A stretch of DNA of 64,000 bases from a bacterium (GTDB lineage Bacteria; Bacillota; Clostridia; Lachnospirales; Lachnospiraceae), in assembly GCA_963621525.1 (NCBI GenBank), contig CAVFER010000002.1, positions 25,773-89,772 of the forward strand, read 5' to 3'. A program made the translations under genes and the position numbers. Below the pieces are notes generated by a model. The model searched no databases, was not told where the DNA came from, and saw only the letters and a program-made list of their open reading frames with translations. Positions 1 through 8,347 of the stretch are shown here, one piece after another. Each line of letters starts with the position of its first letter. Positions within the stretch are counted from its first letter, which is position 1.

Positions 1-477
1 TATGGAAAATGTATCCCCGGCGATAAAATCCGGGGATATTTTCACGCATTGGATCTTTGTGGCTGTAAAAGCAGTCTGGAAACCGGTATCCGGATCATGG
101 ACTGTCTGCACCGGGATTTTTCCTATGTGCCAAAGCAGACCCGGGTGGAAACAACGGCAGAGGAAGCCTGGAAGATGGGTATGGGCGTATGTCAGGATTT
201 TGCCCATATTTTTGAGACTTTGCTGCGTCTTGCCGGGATTCCGGCAAGATACGTGTGCGGTCTGATGTTAGGGGAAGGAGAAAGTCATGCCTGGGTAGAG
301 GCCTGCTGCGACGGCAGGTGGATCGGATTGGATCCCACCAATGACTGCCTGGCAGATGACCGTTATATTAAACTGGGGGATGGCCGTGATGCCTGCGAAT
401 GTGCCATCAATCGGGGAATCCTGATAAATGGCGGACAGCAGAAACAGCAGGTGAAGGTGGTTGTAAGCCGTATCTGA
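1..477 (+). CDS. Transglutaminase-like domain protein, C-terminal portion (5' end lies outside the window)
   Basis: Frame 1 is open from base 1 to TGA at 475-477. The peptide has the transglutaminase-core context GVCQDFAHIF...SHAWVEA...GLDPTND (Cys/His/Asp spacing). Confidence 0.75.
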   Translation, partial: YGKCIPGDKIRGYFHALDLCGCKSSLETGIRIMDCLHRDFSYVPKQTRVETTAEEAWKMGMGVCQDFAHIFETLLRLAGIPARYVCGLMLGEGESHAWVEACCDGRWIGLDPTNDCLADDRYIKLGDGRDACECAINRGILINGGQQKQQVKVVVSRI

Positions 478-565
478 CATGGATACTCCATCAGTGAGCC
501 GATAGCTGAAAGACTGCCGGGATCAGGAAAAATAATGTGGAAAATGAACAAAAAGGATAAGAACG

Positions 566-1516
566 ATGATAGAAACCATAGCAAGCGTGGGGCTTCCAGT
601 TGATGAGGTCCTGCGGATCAGAAAAAACCGGATCATGCCGCAAAAACCAGCCGATTCATTGCCAAGGATCAGCATTGTTACCGGGATCCACGGGGATGAA
701 TTAGAAGGACAGTATATCTGTTATGAACTGCAGCGGCGGATCCGAAAAGAGCAGCAGCATCTTACGGGAATCGTGGATATTTATCCGGCTATGAACCCTT
801 TGGGAATTGATTCCATTACAAGGGGGATACCGGCCTTTGATCTGGATATGAACCGCCTTTTTCCCGGAAATACCAGCGGAAACATGACGGAATACCTGGC
901 GGCGCAGATCATTCAGGATGTAAAAGGATCGGACTGTGTGCTGGATATCCATGCAAGTAATATCTATCTTTCCGAGCTTCCACAGATCAGGATCAACGAA
1001 CTCCATGAAGAAAAGCTGGTACCTCTGGCAGAAGAAGCCAATGTAGACTTTATCTGGGTACATGGAGCAAGTACCGTACTGGAAGCTACTTTTGCCCATA
1101 GCTTAAACAGCGTAGGAACACCGGTGCTGGTAGTGGAGATGGGTGTGGGGATGCGGATCACCCGGGCTTACGGAGATCAGTTAGTAGACGGGATCTTTAA
1201 TCTGATGAAAAAGCTTGGCATATGGACTGGAGAAGTAAAAAGTCCCAGAAAACCCATCATCTCACGAGATCCGAAGGATGTCAGCTATCTGAATGCGAAA
1301 GTCAGCGGCATTTTTATCCCGTCTGTTAAGCATGGGGCAGTATTAAAAGAAGGGGATCTGATCGGAAAAATCGTAGATCCTTTAGCCGGAGTGGTATTAG
1401 ATGAGGTGACAGCGCCTATGGACGGGATCTTGTTTACAATCCGTGATTATCCGGTTGTAGGGGAAGGCTCTCTTATGGGACGTCTTCTGAGAAAGGAGAT
1501 CTGCGAACATGCGTAA
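566..1516 (+). CDS. Succinylglutamate desuccinylase/aspartoacylase (AstE/AspA, M14-like zinc deacylase) family protein
   Basis: 316-aa ORF with ISIVTGIHGDELEG (HxxE metal motif), DLDMNRLFPG and LDIHAS motifs typical of the family. Confidence 0.75.
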   Translation: MIETIASVGLPVDEVLRIRKNRIMPQKPADSLPRISIVTGIHGDELEGQYICYELQRRIRKEQQHLTGIVDIYPAMNPLGIDSITRGIPAFDLDMNRLFPGNTSGNMTEYLAAQIIQDVKGSDCVLDIHASNIYLSELPQIRINELHEEKLVPLAEEANVDFIWVHGASTVLEATFAHSLNSVGTPVLVVEMGVGMRITRAYGDQLVDGIFNLMKKLGIWTGEVKSPRKPIISRDPKDVSYLNAKVSGIFIPSVKHGAVLKEGDLIGKIVDPLAGVVLDEVTAPMDGILFTIRDYPVVGEGSLMGRLLRKEICEHA

Positions 1517-2432
1517 ACGTATCATTTATGAGATGAAGGGCCTTTACCGGGACGACTTCAGGATCACGGGATATGAATTTGGGGAAGGAGAAGAATCCGT
1601 CTGCATCGTGGGAAATTCACGGGGTAATGAGGTACAGCAGATTTATTGCTGCTCCAAACTGATCAAGAAGTTCCGCCAGTTAGAAGCAGAAGACCGGATT
1701 AAAAAAGAACAGAAGATCCTGATCATTCCTTCTTTAAATCCATATTCCATGAACATCCAGAAACGGTTCTGGCCTACAGATAATACGGATATCAACCGTA
1801 TGTTTCCTGGCTATAATCTGGGTGAGACAACACAGCGGATCGCAGACGGTGTTTTTCGTGAGATCTCAAAATACCGCTTCGGGATCCAGTTTACTTCCTT
1901 TTATATGCCGGGAGATTTTGTTCCCCATGTACGGCTGATGGAGGAGGGATACAGCAAGCCGGAGCTTGCCCTGCAATTTGGTCTGCCTTACGTGGTCATC
2001 CGCAAAGTACGCCCTTATGACACAGCAACTTTGAATTACAATTGGCAGGTATGGGATACGCAGGCATTCTCTCTTTATACCACCACAACTGAACAGATCA
2101 GCCCCAACGGTGCAGGACAGGCTGTATTAGCAATATTAAATTTCCTGTCGGCACAGGGGATCGTCAACTATCTGGGGCCGTCACTGGTCAGCCCCAAGGT
2201 GGTATTTGATACAGACCTGATTCCGGTGAGAACTTCCGAATCCGGTATCTTTGAACCTCTTGTAAAAGCAGGTGACCGGGTAAATATGGGACAGCCTCTT
2301 GCCAATATCCTTCATCCATATGAAAGTGAACTGATCGAAACGTTGTATGCACCGGCTGACGGAAAAATATTCTTTATCCATAATGAGCCATTGACCTATG
2401 CAGATACAGCGGTCATCAAGCTGGTATTGTAA
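1509..2432 (+). CDS. AstE/AspA-family paralogue with degenerate metal site (probable non-catalytic partner)
   Basis: 307 aa. It aligns with the upstream paralogue (VCIVGNSRGNEVQQ vs ISIVTGIHGDELEG; DINRMFPG conserved; IQFTSF vs LDIHAS). The start overlaps the upstream stop by 8 nt. Confidence 0.65.
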   Translation: MRKRIIYEMKGLYRDDFRITGYEFGEGEESVCIVGNSRGNEVQQIYCCSKLIKKFRQLEAEDRIKKEQKILIIPSLNPYSMNIQKRFWPTDNTDINRMFPGYNLGETTQRIADGVFREISKYRFGIQFTSFYMPGDFVPHVRLMEEGYSKPELALQFGLPYVVIRKVRPYDTATLNYNWQVWDTQAFSLYTTTTEQISPNGAGQAVLAILNFLSAQGIVNYLGPSLVSPKVVFDTDLIPVRTSESGIFEPLVKAGDRVNMGQPLANILHPYESELIETLYAPADGKIFFIHNEPLTYADTAVIKLVL

Positions 2433-2472
2433 GAGAATGATGTCCGTTAAGATAAAGAAAGATGGTAGAATT

Positions 2473-4080
2473 ATGAAAAAAAAATATAGCACACGAAGTT
2501 TATCATTCCGGATCATCAGCAGGAATGTGCTGATCCTGCTGATATTCAGTGTGATCGTCAGCGGAATCGGTTATGCACTGTTTACCGATTCTCTGACAAG
2601 GAGTTACAACGATTTTGCTTTCCAGACTGCAGAAACGGCAGCTTCCGTAGTAAATGGCGACCGGATCGGAGAATTTCTGGAGTCCGGCGGAAATGACAGT
2701 GAATACCAGAAAGAACTAAAACAGCTGCAAATGCTCTGTCAAACCCAGGGCGTTACGTTGATCTATGTGATCGCTGTGGATCAGAGTGATTACAACAGTT
2801 TCCGGTCCGTCCTCAACGTCCCATCCGAAGAAAGTGGATACACACCCTGGGAAGTCGGTTTTGAGCGGAGTACAACCAACGAAGAATACCGTTCTATTTA
2901 TCGGGACATCTACGAAAACGGGCTGCAGCGCGGTACCATTTATCGTTTGAAAGATCTCAGAGGAAAAGATCCACATATCACCTCTCTGATCCCCATCCAT
3001 GGTTCAGATGGCTCCGTCACGGCGATTCTGTGTGTGCAGAGACCGATGAAGGAACTTACGGTAGGACGTTATCGTTATCTGCGGGAAGTGGCAGCCGTTG
3101 TCCTTGCTGTTTCCGTACTGGTATCGATCGGCACGGCGATCTATCTGAAACGCCAGTTTGTAAAGCCGGTGCGCCAACTGGCTCTGGAGGCAGAGCGATT
3201 TGCTAACGAGAACAGCCGCAACTACGAGATGAAGCTTTCTGAGCTGAGTACCATATCGGAACTGCATGCACTGGGAACCTCTATTGAGAAGATGGAAGAG
3301 GATACCATCAGAAATATGGAAAATATCCGCCAGATGACTGCAGAACGGGAAAAAGGAAAGGCAGAACTTGTTCTGGCAGCGCAGATCCAGAAGGATGCAA
3401 TTCCAAGCAACTTCCCGAAGGATGACCGTTTCACTCTTTACGGTTCCATGGCTCCGGCAAAGGCTGTCGGCGGTGATTTCTATGACTTTTTCATGATCGA
3501 TGACGACCATCTGGGAATGGTGATCGCAGATGTGTCGGATAAAGGCATTCCGGCCGCTTTGTTTATGATGATCTCGAAAATCGTGATCCACAATTTTGCG
3601 ATCATGGGAGCATCCCCCAAAGCAGTTCTTGAAGAGGCAAATAGAATGATCGTCCAGCATAACCAGTCCAGTATGTTTGTGACAGTCTGGTTCGGGATCC
3701 TGACCCTTTCCACAGGAAAAATCGTAGCGGCCAATGCAGGGCATGAATATCCGATGTTAAAAAAGGCAGATGGAACATTTGAACTTTTTAAGGATCCTCA
3801 CGGGCTTCCTATTGGCGTCATGGATGGAATTTCTTATAAAGAATATAGTTTTCACCTTGACCGGGGAGGCGCACTGTTCCTTTATACAGACGGCCTGGCT
3901 GAGGCCTCCGACGAAAAACAGCAGTTCTTCGGGACAGACCGTATCCGGGAAGAATTAAATAAAACACCGGATGCAGATCCAGAAACCCTTCTTTTCAATA
4001 TGAAGACGAGCGTTGACCGGTTTGTGGGGAAGGCACCGCAGTTTGATGATCTGACCATGCTGGCAGTAAAACTTTTATAA
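2473..4080 (+). CDS. Membrane-anchored PP2C-type (SpoIIE/RsbU family) serine phosphatase with N-terminal sensor region
   Basis: C-terminal GGDFYDFFMIDDDHLGMVIADVSDKGIPAALFM, YTDGLAEA and FDDLTMLAV motifs. Two hydrophobic segments flank an N-terminal domain of about 190 aa. ATG 2473 (MKKKYS) is preferred over the track start 2398, which overlaps the previous gene. Confidence 0.8.
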   Translation: MKKKYSTRSLSFRIISRNVLILLIFSVIVSGIGYALFTDSLTRSYNDFAFQTAETAASVVNGDRIGEFLESGGNDSEYQKELKQLQMLCQTQGVTLIYVIAVDQSDYNSFRSVLNVPSEESGYTPWEVGFERSTTNEEYRSIYRDIYENGLQRGTIYRLKDLRGKDPHITSLIPIHGSDGSVTAILCVQRPMKELTVGRYRYLREVAAVVLAVSVLVSIGTAIYLKRQFVKPVRQLALEAERFANENSRNYEMKLSELSTISELHALGTSIEKMEEDTIRNMENIRQMTAEREKGKAELVLAAQIQKDAIPSNFPKDDRFTLYGSMAPAKAVGGDFYDFFMIDDDHLGMVIADVSDKGIPAALFMMISKIVIHNFAIMGASPKAVLEEANRMIVQHNQSSMFVTVWFGILTLSTGKIVAANAGHEYPMLKKADGTFELFKDPHGLPIGVMDGISYKEYSFHLDRGGALFLYTDGLAEASDEKQQFFGTDRIREELNKTPDADPETLLFNMKTSVDRFVGKAPQFDDLTMLAVKLL

Positions 4081-4087
4081 AAATATG

Positions 4088-4116
4088 AGGCGCGTTGCTG
4101 ATCATGCAACGCGCCT
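4088..4116. terminator. Bidirectional intrinsic terminator between convergent genes
   Basis: Perfect 11-bp stem AGGCGCGTTGC/GCAACGCGCCT with a 7-nt loop, lying between stop codons at 4078-4080 (+) and 4119-4121 (-). Confidence 0.7.
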
Positions 4117-4118
4117 TA

Positions 4119-5603
4119 TTATACATCGTGATAAAATTCACGTATCATAGGATAAATGGTTTTATATTTCTTATAAACAGGTTCATACGCCTTTACAGCG
4201 TCCGGGTCCGGCTTTAGGACCGTGCAGCCGCCTTTTTCTTCTAATACATGAATAAAGGACGGATAATCCGGGATAATGCCCTCGGCCAGGAAAACACTGG
4301 ACGCAATGGCAAGTGCAGGCAGCAGATCCGGGTCTTTGTAAACATGAACAGGAAGGCCCATTACATTACTTAAGATCCGGCACCAGGCAAGTTCTCTTGC
4401 ACCGCCTCCGATGACGGAAAGTTTCACTGCAGGGTGATTAAAGAGCTCCAAGCCGTGGCGAATGGAAAATGCCACTCCTTCTAATACACTTCCTGCCATG
4501 TCTGCGGCAGAGGTATTCTGATCTAAACCAAGGAAAGAGGCGCGGATGTGGCTGTCCATAATAGGAAAACGTTCACCGGTCAGATAGGGCAGGAAAAAGA
4601 CACCGTGGCTGCCGGGAACATGTTCTTTTAAAAGGTGGGAGATATAGGAAAAATCCGGCGTATGGTCCGGCTCGCGGGATAAGATCCGGGCAATAAAGCG
4701 GTGTACATTTCCGCCATTTAAAAATGGTACAACATTGATATACAGATCCTTTTGCATGGCAGCCAGGTTAAAACCGCCGCCTTCGCTGTCCATAAGGCCT
4801 TTTGAAACGGCTGCCACCCAGCTGGAAGTTCCAAGGTTAATATTATATTCCCCGGGCGCTAAAATGCCGCTGGCAAGTGTGGTAGCCCCGGCATCTCCTG
4901 TGCCTGCGTAAACCTTTGTGCCGGGCAGATAGCCGGTATCAGCAGCCCCGTTTTCGGTTATTACGCCTGCAAGTTCATGGGAATGGAGCAGTTTTGGAAA
5001 TTTTCTCATGTCCAGCCCGGAGCCGTTTATCAGGAGTTCGGACCATGTTTTATGTTCCAGATCCATAGCTCCGGCTGTAGCGCAGGCCGTCATATCACCA
5101 AGCAAATTTCCGGTAAGTCTTGCGATCACATAGTCCTTAGAGCTGATGAGAAATGCAGCTGTCTGATCATAAATTTCCGGTTGATTTTCCTTTATCCACA
5201 AAATCTTTGCAAGTGGCATAGAACCGTCAAAATGGTTTCCGGTAACAGTGGTAATAGTATCGCCGCCAACGGCATTTTCGATGGCTTCTGCCTGTACGCC
5301 CGCCCGTCCGTCAGAGTATAGGATGGCATTGCGCAGGGCTTTTTGGTTACTTCCGACCGGTATCACATCCTGCATCTGACCGGAGAAAATAAGGGCGGAA
5401 ACGTCCTTAGCCGGTATCTTCTCGGTAAGCGCCCGGGATAAGGCGCAAAAAGCACTGTACCACTCATCCGGGTCCTGTTCCTTAAATCCGTTTTCTTCTA
5501 TGGAGTGGATCACCTTGCTTCCTGTAAAAACAGGTTCTCCATCGTCACGTACAGCTACCGCCTTTACTGCGGTAGTCCCGATGTCAAAGGTTGCAACTAA
5601 CAT
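4119..5603 (-). CDS. FGGY-family carbohydrate kinase (xylulokinase-like)
   Basis: 494 aa. N-terminal FDIGTTAVKAV ATPase motif and C-terminal VIGGGARELAWCRILSNVMGLPV, typical of FGGY kinases. GGAGG lies 10 nt upstream of the ATG. Last gene of the ABC operon. Confidence 0.8.
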   Translation of the reverse strand: MLVATFDIGTTAVKAVAVRDDGEPVFTGSKVIHSIEENGFKEQDPDEWYSAFCALSRALTEKIPAKDVSALIFSGQMQDVIPVGSNQKALRNAILYSDGRAGVQAEAIENAVGGDTITTVTGNHFDGSMPLAKILWIKENQPEIYDQTAAFLISSKDYVIARLTGNLLGDMTACATAGAMDLEHKTWSELLINGSGLDMRKFPKLLHSHELAGVITENGAADTGYLPGTKVYAGTGDAGATTLASGILAPGEYNINLGTSSWVAAVSKGLMDSEGGGFNLAAMQKDLYINVVPFLNGGNVHRFIARILSREPDHTPDFSYISHLLKEHVPGSHGVFFLPYLTGERFPIMDSHIRASFLGLDQNTSAADMAGSVLEGVAFSIRHGLELFNHPAVKLSVIGGGARELAWCRILSNVMGLPVHVYKDPDLLPALAIASSVFLAEGIIPDYPSFIHVLEEKGGCTVLKPDPDAVKAYEPVYKKYKTIYPMIREFYHDV

Positions 5604-5628
5604 TTCTTCTTACCTCCGCATTCTCCAG

Positions 5629-5681
5629 ATGTTCTCTCTAAATCTCACTGTACCTGATTTTGCGAGATTCCGAGAGGACAT
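5629..5681. repeat. Long copy of a dispersed palindromic element (18-bp imperfect stem, 17-nt loop) in the permease-kinase intercistronic gap
   Basis: ATGTTCTCTCTAAATCTC (5629-5646) pairs with GAGATTCCGAGAGGACAT (5664-5681). Related copies are at 10953-11115, 13884-13919 and 46327-46354. Confidence 0.7.
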
Positions 5682-5691
5682 TCCTATTTTA

Positions 5692-6627
5692 TCAATTCTT
5701 TCCAGCGCCGATCTTCTGGATCACAACAGCCAGTATGATAATACCGCCGGTAATGATATTTTGCATAAAGCTTGGCATCTGCAAAATAGTCAGACCGTTG
5801 GCAAGAACTGCTAAAACAGCGGCGCCGATGAGCGTACCCACTACACAGGGAACACCGCTTTTAGAAACGGTACAGCCGATAAAAACAGCTGCATAAGACT
5901 GGAGAAAATAGCCTTGTCCGGCGGTGGTGTTGGCAGAACCGACTCTGGAAGCCACCAGTGCTCCTGCAAGGCCTGCAATGGCACCACATAAGGAAAAGGC
6001 CAGTACCCGGTAGCGGAAAATAGGGATTCCTGCTACTTCGGCAGCTTCCTTGCTGCCGCCAATGGCGTACAGTTTCCGGCCCGAAGCGGTGTGTCCCATG
6101 AAAACATAAAAAACAAGGTACAAAACAACAGCTGCCAGAGTGATGAACGGGATTCCTGCGATCTTTAAGATACCGGGAATGGTAAATGCCTTTGGAATAC
6201 CATTGAACACCGTAGTGCCGCCGGTAAGACCGTAAATCACGCCGTCTAATACGGTTCCCATACCGAGAGTAGTGATAAAAGATAAGATCTGAAAACGGGC
6301 AACTACAATGCCGTTTACGCAGCCGACTAAAAGGCAGATCAGAGCGGCAATCAGAAAACACAGCGCTACAGGAATCTGGCGGATTGACAGCAGAGCAGCG
6401 ATCACGCCTCCCAGACTTACAATATTTCCCACGGATAAGTCAAACTCATTGATGGTCATAACAAAAGTAGCGCCAAGAGCCACCATGGCTAACGGTGCCG
6501 CCTGTCTGCTGATATTTAAGAAGTTTTTCACTGTGCAGAAAGAGGCCGGGCGGAGAATGGAAAAAATAAGGATGATCACCGCCAGTGCAGCTACGGTTCC
6601 ATAATGTTTAAATGCTTTCATTTTCAT
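5692..6627 (-). CDS. Sugar ABC transporter permease (RbsC/AraH-type, CUT2 family)
   Basis: Polytopic membrane protein of RbsC-like composition. ATG 6627 is preferred (GAGAGG 6 nt upstream) over the track start 6651. Confidence 0.85.
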   Translation of the reverse strand: MKMKAFKHYGTVAALAVIILIFSILRPASFCTVKNFLNISRQAAPLAMVALGATFVMTINEFDLSVGNIVSLGGVIAALLSIRQIPVALCFLIAALICLLVGCVNGIVVARFQILSFITTLGMGTVLDGVIYGLTGGTTVFNGIPKAFTIPGILKIAGIPFITLAAVVLYLVFYVFMGHTASGRKLYAIGGSKEAAEVAGIPIFRYRVLAFSLCGAIAGLAGALVASRVGSANTTAGQGYFLQSYAAVFIGCTVSKSGVPCVVGTLIGAAVLAVLANGLTILQMPSFMQNIITGGIIILAVVIQKIGAGKN

Positions 6628-8248
6628 GTATTTCCTCTCTTTCTGCTTCATAACAGCAGGCCAGTATGTCCGCTGGCTTTAAATTCTTATTTGGAAAGAT
6701 CTTGCGTATTTTCCCTGATGCCATGACTGCGATCTCATCAGCCACTTCCAAAAGCTCTGTAAGATCCGATGAAACGTAGAGAACGGCTTTGTTTTCTGCT
6801 GCCTGAGTGCGCAGCAGGCTGTGGATCTGCTGTCTGGTGGCTACATCCACGGCTTGTGTGGGTTCATCGCACAGCCATATGGAGGGGGATGTAAGCAGTG
6901 CTTTGGCAAATACAACCTTTTGCTGGTTGCCGCCGGACAGCTCGCAGGCTGGCTGGGAAGTGCCGGTGCAGCGGATCTTTAAGGCGGTTATCATGTTTTT
7001 CGCTGCCAAAACAGCATCTGCCTTTGAGAAAAGACCCTTTTTAGAATAATGGTCAATAGAAGATAAGTTCATGTTTTCTTCTATCGTAAAGGACGGGATC
7101 ATGGCCTTGCGCCGCCTGTCTTCGCAGATAAAGGCAATACCTTTTTTAATAGAATCAACAGGAGTTGGCTTTTTCACCATTTCTTCGCCAATTTCAATGG
7201 TTCCGCCGGATATGCGCCGGATGCCGTAGATACATTCTAAAAACTCCGTCCGCCCGCTGCCGCAAAGACCGAACATACCGGTAATATGTCCTCTGTGGAC
7301 AGTAAGACTGGCGTCTTTTACAATGTGGTCAGCAGATGCTAAGTGGGAGATAGTAAGTGCAGGGGATGATTGTGTGACTGCCGATGGGGAATGATCGGTG
7401 CTGTCTGGTATCAGATGTTTGTTGGATACTTCCGATTTAGGCACATTTTTCAGATCGCCTGACTTCGAGCTGTCTGTGGTCGCAGACTGTCTGCCTTCAG
7501 CGGTCTGTTTCGCATCTCCATCTTCGTCTTCGTTACCGCCCATCAGCTGCACCAGTTCCTTCTGGCTGGTAGAAGCAGTATCACAGGTGCTTACTAACTT
7601 ACCATTTCTAAGGACTGTCACCCGGTCAGTCAGCGCCATGATTTCTTCCAGCCTGTGGGTCACATAAAGGACTGCAGTTCCATTTTCCTTCAGATTTTTT
7701 ATAATGGAGAACAATAAATTTGTTTCTTTATCAGAGAGAGAAGCAGTAGGCTCATCTAAGATCATTAACCTGCAGTCACTCATCATGGCCCGCAGGATCT
7801 CCACGCATTTCTTCTGGGCCGGAGTCATCTGGAAGATGGATTTTTTTAAGTCTAAATGAATTCCGAGTTCTTCTCCCTTTTTCCGGGCTGCCATCTCCAT
7901 TTCCTTCCATTGGATCAGACCGCCCTTTCGGGGATAAGGCCGTCCAAGCCAGATATTTTCCAGAGCGGAAAATGCAGGTATCAGCACGTGATCCTGGAAA
8001 ATGATATTGATGCCCAGTTCCCGGCTTTGCACCGGGCCGAAATCAGCAGGAAAAGGAGCTCCGTTCCAGATTAGCTCCCCTCTGTTTTTTGTATACACGC
8101 CGCCTAAAATCTTGATAAACGTAGACTTTCCGGCGCCATTTTCACCTACCAGTCCATGGATCTCTCCCACCTTTAGAGAAAGATCCAGTCCCTTAAGGGC
8201 ATATACACCATTAAATGTTTTGTCCAGTTTCTTTGCTTCTAACAGCAT
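6608..8248 (-). CDS. Sugar ABC transporter ATP-binding protein, fused double nucleotide-binding domain (RbsA/MglA type)
   Basis: Walker A GENGAGKST and LILDEPTASL lie in the first nucleotide-binding domain (NBD). The second NBD has CGSGRTE, LSGGNQQK and WLCDEPTQAVD. ATG 8248 has AGGTGG 5 nt upstream; the track's GTG 8257 lies inside that RBS. Confidence 0.85.
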   Translation of the reverse strand: MLLEAKKLDKTFNGVYALKGLDLSLKVGEIHGLVGENGAGKSTFIKILGGVYTKNRGELIWNGAPFPADFGPVQSRELGINIIFQDHVLIPAFSALENIWLGRPYPRKGGLIQWKEMEMAARKKGEELGIHLDLKKSIFQMTPAQKKCVEILRAMMSDCRLMILDEPTASLSDKETNLLFSIIKNLKENGTAVLYVTHRLEEIMALTDRVTVLRNGKLVSTCDTASTSQKELVQLMGGNEDEDGDAKQTAEGRQSATTDSSKSGDLKNVPKSEVSNKHLIPDSTDHSPSAVTQSSPALTISHLASADHIVKDASLTVHRGHITGMFGLCGSGRTEFLECIYGIRRISGGTIEIGEEMVKKPTPVDSIKKGIAFICEDRRRKAMIPSFTIEENMNLSSIDHYSKKGLFSKADAVLAAKNMITALKIRCTGTSQPACELSGGNQQKVVFAKALLTSPSIWLCDEPTQAVDVATRQQIHSLLRTQAAENKAVLYVSSDLTELLEVADEIAVMASGKIRKIFPNKNLKPADILACCYEAEREEIHENESI

Positions 8249-8347
8249 TCTTGCCACCTGCCATTTTCTGTGATCGAATCATGATCTGTAATCTGCATCA
8301 GCTCAAATTCCCTTCGGTTCATCTGCAACCCATGGAAATTTATGCTG

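Noticed and set aside
3004-3744. Long antisense/shadow ORFs in the six-frame track. Examples are 3004-3744(-), 5861-6361(-), 11543-11926(-), 34622-35065(-), 36863-37315(-), 51040-51510(-) and 54268-54735(-).
   Set aside because: Each lies inside or opposite a gene with strong family motifs. They have no RBS and their composition is odd (Cys/His/Arg-rich or low-complexity). I treat them as non-coding shadows.
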